The notes below the pieces were generated by a model. That model ran no database searches. It saw only the letters and a list, made by a program, of their open reading frames with translations, and had not been told where the DNA came from. Of a stretch of DNA of 64,000 bases, positions 10,369 to 21,789 are shown one piece after another. Location of the stretch: NCBI GenBank assembly GCA_964199315.1, contig OZ116712.1, positions 20,646,001 to 20,710,000 on the forward strand. The letters are read 5' to 3'. Each line of letters opens with the position of its first letter. Within the stretch, counting starts at the first letter, position 1. The translations under genes were made by a program, and so were the position numbers. The DNA is from Orbicella franksi. Its lineage: Eukaryota.

Positions 10369-13300
10369 TTACCACTCTTGATAAGGAGCCAAGCGATCAA
10401 GGAAAACTGTCAGCTTCTCTCCTCTCTTAGCAAACATGGCCCAGAAGAAAACTTTTTTGCTTGTGAATTTGTGCAAAGCTCCAAGAACACCACATTCCAT
10501 TATCACGTTGAAAATTTCCGGACTTTGGATGTTGCAATCTATAGTGAGGCTTTTGTCGTAAACGGTCAGCAATTGCAATGGGTGGCTATTTAAAGTTTGC
10601 GTTTGAATCTTAACGATTAACTTCTTACTACTGTTACGCTTGGGTTTAGGACCCTCTCCAATACCTTTTAAATGAGTACCAAATGTTCGATGCGATACAT
10701 TTCCTGGCTCGACGCTAGGGATCATCTCCACTGTTACAGAAAAGCGACTTCTGAGGGCGGCACATAAAGTCTTATGTTTTGGTCTGTGTTTACGTCGACA
10801 TTCTTTGCAGCAGTAAGATGCAATGTGGCAATTCGGGCACTTAATAACGCGTTCTACTTCATCTCTTGAGCGGCGGCAATACGTGCATCCACTGTAACGT
10901 TGTTCAACAACCTCCCTGGGATGGTGCATGCCTTCTTCGTTATTAACTTCCTCGTTTCCGCTAAGAAATGGAGGAATGGAGTAACAGTCGTTCTCTCCCG
11001 ATGGAAAACCTAGAAGAGCAGCAACTTTGCTATCTATTGAGCTGCGATGAATGCGGAGATTATTGGCTTTGTCTTGATACTCAAGCCAAGGACCACAATG
11101 GTCTCGAACGATGTTTGATTCCAGATGAACTCTTCCAGAGTAATTGATACCAATGAAGATGCCACCACATTTGTTGCCAGTGATGACGTTTCCTACTACG
11201 TGTGCCGATGTTCGTGACTTAGCAAGTATCCCCCAGAATCCATTCTCGAATATCCTGTTATTACGAATCGTCATTTGAGAATTGTCATCCAGAGAAAGCC
11301 CGAAAGGTCTATTATGGTGAATATCGTTGTTGCATATCTCTATTTCGTTCGTAGTATGGAGGGCAAGAATGCCTTCTCTTTCATTTTCGAAGATCTTGTT
11401 ACCATCGATGTCACATTCCCCTGCATCTGGGCCAATCAAGATGCCGTGATAACCGTTGTCAAAGATCCTGTTTTCGGACGCAACAAGTTTCCCGCCTTCT
11501 CTTGCTTCTAAACCAGCCTGATGGTTCCTGTACACTTCACATTTTCTGATCAATAATCTAGCACCTTCGCCAGCAACTAGAGCGCCTCCACCCCCACAGT
11601 CACAAATGACACAGTTTTCAATCAGTGCAGAGCTCCCACATAACACCTGGACTCCAGGATAACCACCAATGCCAGACTTTGATTCTGAATCTCCGAACTT
11701 TCCTGTCCGATTACAAACAGGCTTCCCTAGAGAGGCTGCTATACATCCTGATCCTCCATTGCATTCTGGATAGTCGTCACAGCTTGTCTCTCCTCCTGAA
11801 ATGCTACAGTGGTTCATGTGAATAGATCCTTTGTCTCGACAGACCAACGGAACATTACCTTTGGGAAATGTGATATTTTCAAAATAACAACTTGCAAGGG
11901 TAACTGCGCAGCCTTTTGTACAATTCAAAACGGTCCTGGGCCCTAGACCTACAATCTGTACATCCGTAAAAATACCAAAAAGAGTTAAATTATACGCTCC
12001 CTCATGCAGTAGCATGGTCTCGTTTTCTTGCGTGGTCATCAAAGCAAATGCAAGTTGTGTTTCATTGCTTATCTCTCTGCAGCGAACTTCTGAAAGTTCT
12101 GGAAACCTCTTGCAAAATGTTTTGTCCAGACGGAGATTGTTATCAAAATGAACGGCCACTGCTAATGCTGCTCGTGCCTGCCCCGTGAGCTGAGTAGATC
12201 CACGTTTAACTAGTTCTTGGAGAGCCCAAGCCTTGCGTAGCAGCGCCTTGTCGTAGCATGGCGTCAAAGAAAGACACTGTTGACAGTCATCAAGAGCATT
12301 CTGTGGCTGGCCAAGCTTCAAATAGCAAAGAGCCCTGTTAGAGAACAGTCGATAGTCGCCTGACGATAAAGCAATGGCGCTGGAGTATAGATCTAATGCC
12401 TCTTCAAACTTCTTACTTTTTACTGCAAGGTTTCCCTTTTCTCTTAGCTGGTTGGCTTCCTCTTCCTTCTTATTTTGAGAGATGTCTACTTCAGCCATGT
12501 CGTGGTGTTTAGGAAGAGGCTGTCTCATACAACAAGATATCAGCTTGTAGTCCCTGTCTTTGAGTGGCATATCGATGAAATAAGGTGGCAAATTAGGATC
12601 TTCCTCTGAGGATGACCTTTCGAGGTTGACCAGGAACTCTAGTTTCATTTCTTGTATTGCTTGAGCCTTGACTTTCTCTTGAGAGACACTGAAAAATATC
12701 GCTGCCTCATTGAAGATGCGCACGGTTTCTTCTGTGTATAGCAAGGTGGGGACCGATTCCTGATGTTTGGTTGAGAAGGTGAGCAAATGCTCCTGCAAAT
12801 AAGTGGCATGCGAAGCCAACTTTCCCCACAGCTGTAACGAAGGAGGATTCTCTACACTAAAAACAGCGTCCTCAACAAAACGTTCGCACACTTCTGTAGG
12901 TGAACGTGTGTTGGCTAATGCGTAGTGAAGGACACGTACTGCACAAGTTAGAACGCCTAACTCAGTTTGTTCTTTCTTCATGTCACTTCGGATTACTTCT
13001 TGCACCAGACGATGTACACTAAAGGAATGTGTCCCATATCTTTGGAAAAGGGAGAACTTAGTAAGAAGAGACACTATCTCGGCCTGGTCACACAAATCGC
13101 CAATGGCTTCAGCATCATCTACTTTGTTGAGGCCTTCATTGATCACTTCATAAGGAATATCGTCGGGACCAAGAAAGGCGGACACTTTCATCACAAGAAT
13201 CGGAATTTCTCCAAGTTCCTTCTCTTTTGAGATTTGACTGATGTGGTCAAAATTCAGCAACCATGTAGTGTGGATAGCCAGGCGTTCACGTGAAGTGTTT

Positions 13301-16300
13301 TCTACCAGATTCCGGGCGTTACTCTTTTTCAAGAGAAGTAGCTTCTGCTCCCTATATTTCTTCATGTACTCTTTTATGGGTTGACGAAGACATCTTATAT
13401 AAGCTGCAGCTTGATCAAGAGCTAAAGGAAGCCCACCAAGCTCTCGTACCAGCTCACAAATCTCACTGTCGTTCTCTCCAGCTATTCCCGTTCGCATTCG
13501 CAGAAACTGAATCCCTTCTTCATCTGTCAAGCATTTTAACTCGATGCAAACGTTTTCTTCGATACCCGTTTCTTCTCCAATTTCCGTTGCTTCTCTCCTT
13601 GTGGTTATGATAATATGGCCATGCGCCGTTTGTTTCCAGTGGCCAGTGAGCAACTTTCGCATGTTCGCAGACATTTTAAGCTCGTCAAGATTGTCAACAA
13701 CCAAACACCACAACTTTTCGCGCCTTCTCAGCCAATCAAGAGTTCTTGACAAGGAATTAGAAAACTCTTTTTCAAGAGTTCCAATTTGGCGCGCCATCTC
13801 GCTGAGGGATATTTGAAAAAGATCGTTGTTCTCGCCTGAGATCCAAAAAATACCGCCTGGATATTCCTCCTTCTCTTTTTGACGCCAGAGCAACTCGACA
13901 GCAAGAGATGTTTTTCCTACACCTCCGAGACCGCAAATCGCTACTTCAGCACAACCCCTCTTGATGTTTTTCAGCTGCTCTGCTATTGCCTCTAGCTCGG
14001 TTTCGCGACCACAAAAGCAAGGATTGCGACTGGCTACTTGAAAAAATTCAACGTCGGCTGTTGCATTTATATTACTCTCTTCTAGAGCTTTAAGCCGAGA
14101 TTCTAACTGACTCTGCCCGATTTCTAGGTCCTCAACCTTCGAGGTTAGATTATCTTGTCCCTCTTTCAAAGACGTGACATCTGTCTCCAGGTCGCTCTGC
14201 CTTTCGTCTAACCGGGCAATGTTCCCTTCATTTGTATCTTGGCGTTTTTCAATGTTTGTTAAGCTGTTAGAAATATCTCCAATTGTACTTGACAAGACTT
14301 CGTTTTTTTCCAATTGCTCCTTTCGCTCTGCCTCCATTCGGCTTTCAATGTCGGTTATACGCTTATCAAATTTACTTATTTCATCTCCGACATCCTGAAA
14401 TGCTGTACTTATCTTCTTGGCTTCATCAGCACTTGATTTTTTGATGGCTTCGAGGTCCTGGTTTAGGGTAGTAACCTCGGCACTTACGAGGTTCATTAAA
14501 TCCTTATCCACTGGACATCCCATGCACAATATCATGCCTACCACGGAAATAAATAAATATGTCAGATACACGTACCATTTACTGTTGACAAGCAAAAAAT
14601 GACCGACTATTTAGCACGCCACAGGCTCGGATATGGAGGGTAACCTCATTCCACGTTTTGACACAAACAAACTGATTGACTGAATTGATTGAACACAAGT
14701 TTGTTCCATAAATCTAGTAGACGTACCAGTGTTGTAAGTAGTGTGAATCACAAAGTAAAAATTAAATCAATAAATCAATAAAACACTAGTTGAAATCAGT
14801 ATGCAGGTTGCCTTCAGGATAGGTTATTCCCAATAAAGAACAACGAAAGGGGCAGTGAGATGTTCTCAGGATCACTAGAAGATGGGCAAAACTCATTCAA
14901 ATTACTAACCCTTTGTTTCCCAGTCATGGAGATCATCAAGTTCTTTATCTTCATCAGCTTTTGGAAGCCCCAGTGAGCGAATCAGTGTTTCCATGAGCTG
15001 AAAACACTTTTGGAATTCTGACTCGGTCCAGTGGTCAAAGTTGCAATGGCCCCACTCATTTCTCACTTTGGCGCGTACATCCTTTGCATTGGTTTGAATG
15101 CGAGCATGAAAAACAGATGCATTCGACAGAATCCCTAGCACCGCTGACAGGTCGCACGTGTTATCAAACCCTGTAAAGAGACACTAAAATTAGTATTGCA
15201 TGGGTAAGCACTTCGCAGAAGAGTGTAACCCATACACAGTGGGGCATCCATTCTAAAGGGGTTGGTATGGAACAGAATTTGGGCGTATTTAAAAACGAAA
15301 TGGCAAAATGATGAAATGGCACCGCGGTTAGCCGAAACAGCACTCAGGTTAGCCTAAATATTGATCACTAACACGAACGAACATAGCCCTCATCCAAAAA
15401 TAGCCATAAAATTTCAGACTTCTTAGCGAATCCTGAAACTAACTAACTCGCCTGTATAAGTGTAACTGTCGCACCCAGCGTAGCAACTCAAACGCCACTT
15501 GATCCCCTTCACTCAGAAACAATCATTATGGCAACATCAGGCATTGCTAAATCCGAAAAGAACATGAACTGGTGTTGTATGAAATAATTATATAAGTCCA
15601 TGCAGTAAGCAAAACTGCACGTTTGCATCTGAGGACCAACGATTTCCGGATCTGGAGGACGTGGACTTCTTCTGGTTCAATGTGAGGAGCTCCTTATTGA
15701 TCGATTTCAGGGGAACAAGAATTACTTTCAAATAATTCTTCTCTAGAAGAGACACAATTGGCCATGGGCAGAAAATATCAGTTAGTTGGTTGGTAGTGAA
15801 AATCAAAAATTTTGCCAGCAACACAGTTGTTTAGAAGGAACAAGAATCACCAGTCAGCGCTCGATTCCACCAGTCTGTGATTATCCACAAGATAGCAGCA
15901 TGCCTGGTGGTGGGGGACTCCCATACAAAGAGGACGGGGTGCATGCTTGTCGTACCTTTTAGAGTTCAAAAAAGTGGTTTTGATATCTCTTAGGGTGGTC
16001 AGCCTCAAAAGGTCCACCGCGGGGACCCCCGCAGGTGCTTTTGCGGTATGTTTTCAAATTGATAGAGATTTAAGACAATGCTTTCACAAACTTTACGAGA
16101 AGGTATTCAAAGCAATTGTTTTTATTGCAACAATTTCTGAAAATTATGAAAGTGTGAGTTAATGTGTTGTTTTAGAATTAGTACCTCTCAGGGGTGAAAA
16201 AATTTCAGGCTATGCCCACAAAACAGGTGCGTGGTACCTTGGTAACAAAATTTTGGACAAGCAGCCCTGTTCTTTCTATATGGGAGATTCCCCCAGGCAG

Positions 16301-17319
16301 CATATTGTCTCACCTGTGAACTTAGCCATATGTGGTTCAAGGTACAGTTTAGCCAGATCTACATCTGTGGTAACTTTATAATCATACAAATGTTCCTTTT
16401 TCTTGAACCTTCCCCAGTTGTTGTTGATGCTACTGTAATTCAACTTAAATGATCCATCGTGAGTTAACTGGGAACCAAAGACTTGAGTGTCAATTTTATT
16501 AGAGCCCTTTAGTGATGTATAGTGTTTGGAAATTTCTTGACCAGTAAAATCGCGGAGAACTGGTAGAAGAAGCCTGTTCAGGCAAATGCCGATCACAACC
16601 CATCTCTTCTGCTTGTCTCCAAGGTCAAAGCTGCTGACTGCAAAAATTAAATTTAAAAAAACAAACAAAAAGATTAGACATACAAGGGTGGAATCATCAG
16701 GGAATTGAAGTCTTATCAATCAGTCAATCCTAGCAGTGGCTGTTGATTCACCAATGTATTCAAGTGTCAATCATGTCGTAAAATCTCTTTTGCAAAAGAC
16801 TCCTAAAAAAGCTCCCAAACTGTAAACTTCCCAAGCCATAAAAATGTATCAGTAAGTTTATATTATTAAAGCTACTTGTTAAGTTCTCCCCATTCAATAT
16901 CACCCTTTGGATCAAGATGGCTTGTTGCAAAAATCATGTTCAACCACAATACAATAGGCCATTTCCATATAATTTCTCAATATTGGACCGGAACTAGCTT
17001 GCAAATGAAGCTAATGTGGGGGCTCTTTTGAAATGTAAATTACATTTAATCTCTTTTTAATGATTTATTCCCCTACATGAGCCTCCAACGCAAGCTAGTT
17101 CCAGTCGAATACCAAGAATACAAATATGGCCTATTCTGAGACCCCGTCAGTGTGTATTGTACATACATGTGAGCCTCAAATGCTACTTCAATCTAGTCAT
17201 TAGTGCTTACCTGGTCCGGCTGCAGCTGATGGTGCAGATAGAATTATGGGGGCTGCAGAAGGCCCTGGAAGTGTTGTTGGCATAAATGAGATTATTCTGT
17301 GGCCCCCACCTGTTGCCAT
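10369..17319 (-). CDS. NLR-like STAND NTPase copy 1, 1620 aa: HEPN-like, coiled coil, NB-ARC, TPR, parallel beta-helix, MYND, C-terminal domain. Coding exons 17211-17319, 16314-16637, 14910-15170, 10369-14537.
   Basis: Start is MATGGGH. Three phase-1 GT-AG introns join the exons to 4863 nt with no stop. Motifs: RNEWGH (15046-15063); FFQVASRNPCFCGRETEL; Walker A GLGGVGKT; Walker B WCLVVDNLDE; GHIIITTR; GGLPLAL; VHRLVQ; TPR (EKGNLAV...FSNRALCYLKLG); repeated I..N.I..N...G beta-helix units; MYND (CTYC...CPNC...YCCKEC...H...C). Confidence 0.92.
15903..16296. mobile_element. MITE-like element in intron 2 of STAND copy 1
   Basis: Imperfect TIRs CCTGGTGGTGGGGGACTCCCATACAAAG...GGGTGC and GCCCTGTTCTTTCTATATGGGAGATTCCCCCAGG. 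A related remnant lies at ~47345-47706. Confidence 0.55.
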
Positions 17320-18049
17320 GCCAGCCTAAAATTAAATGTGCATCTGTCTTCAGTATAAAGTCTGGAAACCCCTATCTAGCTGCAGCTAGCATAGCACACT
17401 GTGTATTGCTAATGTGAATAGAGCTAAATTTATGCCTGTAATCAATGACTTCAGGTGCTCTTTCATCTTACATTGAATTATCAGCTAACCAGAGCACATG
17501 AAAAAAGATTAAAAAGGCTGGTTAAATATGCATTTTTACATAACTGCAGAAATTCTTGCCTGCTCATTGGCTAATTTTCATTTACAGACACAAGAATTTA
17601 TAAGTTTGGTGATAATTGATTGACATCAGTTTTTCAAACCTCTGTCCTGTTATTGACAAGGAATTTTGTCATAACATTGTCAACACAGTCTGTGGATCCA
17701 CTTGCCTGTCACCTCATGGATCCACAACTACTTTGACAATGTTATGATGAAAATATAAATGATTAATAACAGGACAGACACATGAAAAACTGACATCAAT
17801 TTTTTTAAAATTACCACATATCCTTGGTTATCAATTCCCCCTTCTTATTTGCCCATCTGTTTTAGGCTATGTGATCTAGATCTGTCCTTTCAACATACAA
17901 CAATGATGTGTATGTTTATTTCCGGTTTTAAGCCTCGCCCACAAGGGATATATGTCCTCCCCACATCTACCTTTAAAGGGCTTTTTGTGATACTCATCTC
18001 CTTGTGTGGTTAGAAGAGCAGTCATTTCCACAGCTTATATGTATTATTA

Positions 18050-18456
18050 TACATTGAACTCACTATCTCTTTTCTGATTGGCTGAAAGCGTACCGTGAAT
18101 TTTCGAAATCTGTGCCCGTGATGTCATAACTGCAGATTATACAATAATCATATCAAGGACACTCAAGGTCACGGGTAATCATGTCATGTATGACCGCAGT
18201 GCATGACTGTCTAAGGGTAGTCATGTCAAGTTCATGTACTTTGTGCTGCCTGCCATTAGTGAAGAAGCAAAAACATGACTTTCATTTTTTTTTCTGTTCA
18301 GTGTATAATAAAACAATTATCAGATTCCGTTTTTGTGATATCCAGAATAATCGAGGTCTCGGTAAGGGTTATCAACCTCAGCCTTCGGCTTTGGCTGATA
18401 AACCCTACCTCAACCTTGATTATTCTGGATATCACAAAAACCTCATCCAATAATTG
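18050..18456. mobile_element. ~400-bp hairpin-bearing insertion specific to unit 1
   Basis: Absent at the paralogous site near 49465 (CACAGCTTAGATGTAAATATTACAG). It contains a hairpin at 18331-18439 and no obvious TSD. Confidence 0.7.
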
Positions 18457-20637
18457 TCTAATATTACAGTTTTCCTGTCATTTATTCATGTTCAGAAAAA
18501 GTAAGAAAATAAATGTAGTGTTCATACAATGTTTGGTTGGTTTGCATTAGGCAGGGGTTGGATATTCAAAATAATAATGTAAATTAAAATTTAAAGCTGT
18601 CAACATCCTCATGTTCCCACAGAGTGCTTAAAATTGAGAAATAAATTCAATGCATGCTTTAAATTCTGAGCCAAACTGTTTTCAGAGATCAAAATTCCGA
18701 ACTATGATCTCCACCCTACATTTTTCTCATGTGGACCCAGATGAAAAATTATGTTGATTCTTGCTCTTATTTGGAACCCCAAAAGCTTTAGAAGTGAAAA
18801 TTTTTCAATCATGTTAATCAATCACTAGCACAATTCAGTTATTGTTCACATCTGTTTATATAAAGATCTATTTCTGCCTTTTTGACAACAGAATATCAGC
18901 CTAATCATTGAACAACTGGGAATAGATAAATCATAATCTGGTGGATAAGAGTTGACAGAAGACACTATGTTACCTAGTGGATAGTGATTTGTCATTCCTC
19001 CTTTGAACAAGCATTAATTGGCCAGTAGTTTGGATTTCAGAATTTTGCTGACGTCACATGAAATTCGTTCGAACAATCAAACTGAATCAAATGCTTCATA
19101 AAGGTTCTAATGGCTAGAATATTGCCACAATTGTAACGATGAAAAGCAAGATTCTGGCTTTTACTTTTCTTTCACTGATTTTCTATTTTTTCCACTTCAG
19201 CTTTTGTAGATTGATTGTGCTCTAGTGTTGGTTTCTTGCGGATTCCGCCATTTTGACTGCTTCCGGGATTCATGTTTTGTTAAATTTATATAACCCGAAA
19301 TTGAAAACGTCCACTTAACTGTACTTGAGATAAAAGCAGTCGAACAGAATCTAACGACACGAAGTGCACTATTATTTTACCGAAAAATCGTGCATTTCAC
19401 TATCTTTTGCTCCAATAATTTAGCTTATGAATTAATTGATGTAAGCTTACTTTTCCTGTTACGTTGCTGCAAATATCATCTCTAAGCTTACCTCTCGTTT
19501 AAAATGTTACGCTTAACAGTAAAGAATGACTCGATTAGTTGTTAATTCCGTTTTCCACCTGCAATTCGCCAAGAAAACAGTTTTCAAAAGCAACATAAAA
19601 TGAGAGACGAATCTCGACTTAGCTGATTCGAAGAACTCGACAAATGTTGATTCCCGGAAAAAATAGAATTCCCGGAAAAATATAAATCGATGAACTGGCA
19701 TGGAGTGACGGGTGAATTGAACGGAGGAATATAGCTACGGAAGCGAAAAATTTGTATTTCTTTGACAACTTTCACAATTAATGGTTCATGAAAGGGCTGA
19801 AAAAATATTGAAGTAAAATCTGGAAAAGGTAAAGCCGTGCCGACATTTCACACAGATTCTGCGCGAACCTGAGGAGTCCTCCATTAGCTAGTACATTTCT
19901 ATTTCCTGTTGTCTTCAAATCCACATGACCAGCACAAAATCGGAATAGAGATTATTTCTGCTTAATTGTTTGTAATTACTAACTGTAACTGGTCTTTTCT
20001 TAATTTTTTTTGACGTGAAAAAATCTTATTTTGTGATATCTGTGCAGACGCTTTGGCCACGCAAGACACTTGACATTCCACCGTTCAACGTTCCTCGTCA
20101 ACCTGGCCCAGCTTCCAAAATTTCTTGTTTCTCTGACGAACCCTTCCTCTCTTTCCAGGAAAAGGGAATTACCACCTAGCACATTTTTGAGTTTTTATCG
20201 TTCGTTACAAACATCTAAAAAGTGATAATAGATTCAATCTTCATGACGCGTTGATTCTCTGAGAGATTTTTTATGAACATTACATGGATGTTGCCTAGTT
20301 CATAGACCTCTATATTTCGCCGCGATCAATCGTTTCGGATCACGTGATCCGGGACAAAACATGTGAAGGCTTGGAAGAAAGCCGCACAGGAACTAGGTAA
20401 ACATGCGGAGTGTACGTACTATTTGGCTGACATAGGATGAGTAGTTTGTCATTTAATATTTCAGTCAAGTCTCTGAAACAGAATATTCCTCTTTTCACGG
20501 AACAGACTTATCTTCAGGAAAAAACTGTTAAATACTGAGAGGCTTATGTTGCTTTAAAAACACCTGCGTTAACCTAAATTAAAAGTTTATTTTCGACAGC
20601 TGTATTTTGTCTGTATTTTTATAATGCTATTTTTTAG

Positions 20638-20701
20638 GAGTTTCTGTCACGCTAAGTTTAAGAGTTTCTGTCACGCTAAGTTTAGGAGTTTCTGTCACGC
20701 A
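20638..20701. repeat. 23-bp minisatellite (GAGTTTCTGTCACGCTAAGTTTA)
   Basis: About 3 copies here and about 4 copies at the paralogous site ~51615-51705. Confidence 0.85.
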
Positions 20702-21789
20702 AGGTTTCAATTTATGCTTTTTCATTTGAATACTTCACTGGTGGTATTAGGCCTCTAAATATTGGGTTAAAACGACAAGAAAAAGAGAAAGGAGCACTAC
20801 GAAGCCAGATTGAACTCAGATTATGTTTTCCCTGAGCTAAGGGAAACCAGCCTCCAAACGTTTCAGAGCATGCGGGGACAACCCCAATGTCATAGCTTCC
20901 ATTGGAATTAAAGGTGAATTAAAAATGTTGAAGAATGAAGGGAATTAAACAGTCGTTGAATACAGTCGAAAGATGATAAGCTGTGTTAAGCGGCCTCTAA
21001 TGACGGTTACAATAAAAACCCTGAAGCCTTTTTTTTGAAATAATTACGACTCGTTTTTAATAAAACCACAACTACATTGAAGACAATAATTATTGAGCTC
21101 GAACTTCGTGCTCAGTGTGATTTAAATATCGTGGGATATTGGGCTCTTTATACAGAATCTCAATCAGACTCATTTTCTAAGTTAGTGTTGGATTCCTTCT
21201 CGTATTTCGCGCGTTCGTTCGCCATTGCCAGTTGTCTCATGTTCAACAGACACCCTGCGGCAGCCTCTTGTAAGCCAGCATCTTCTGAGCCAACCATCTC
21301 CAGCAACAGCTGAAAAGGTAAAATAGATAAGGGGCTGATAAACTGATCATCAGTCGATTGACTGCGTGGTTGATTATCGATTGATTGATTGATTTGTTTA
21401 TTGGTTGATTGTTGAATCAGTCCACTATAATATCAGTATACACGATATAACAACAAATTCTCACAACTACATTAAAAGATACGTATGGCGATTGGTAAGG
21501 AGAGTTGATATCTCGAGCTTGGAAGCATTACCTTGACAACTCCGCTGCGGTGCATTGTGATACAACTGTCAGGGTTTTTCCCAAGCTGCTCAAGAGCCCG
21601 CATTGCAGACCGCTGTACTATAATGTCATGTGACGCCAGGTACTCTACCATGGGCTTCACTGCGCCTTCCTCAGAGAATCTTTTGGCGTTGTTGCCCCAT
21701 TTACTGCACATGGCGATGGCTTCAGCAAGATGACGCCTTAGAACTATATCAGTCTGAACATGGAAATAGAAAGCTGTTAATTCCTGAAA

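Noticed and set aside
14538-14595. Hydrophobic N-terminus of the 1408-aa ORF (MLVNSKWYVYLTYLFISVVG), which looks like a signal peptide or TM helix
   Set aside because: It is translated intron (the polypyrimidine tract before the TAG acceptor at 14538-14540). The same applies to the starts of ORFs 16276-16719, 47683-48108 and 41579-45751.
11275-14602. Many plus-strand ORFs overlapping the STAND exons (also 42693-45605)
   Set aside because: Antisense shadows of the long coding exon with no independent domain signal.
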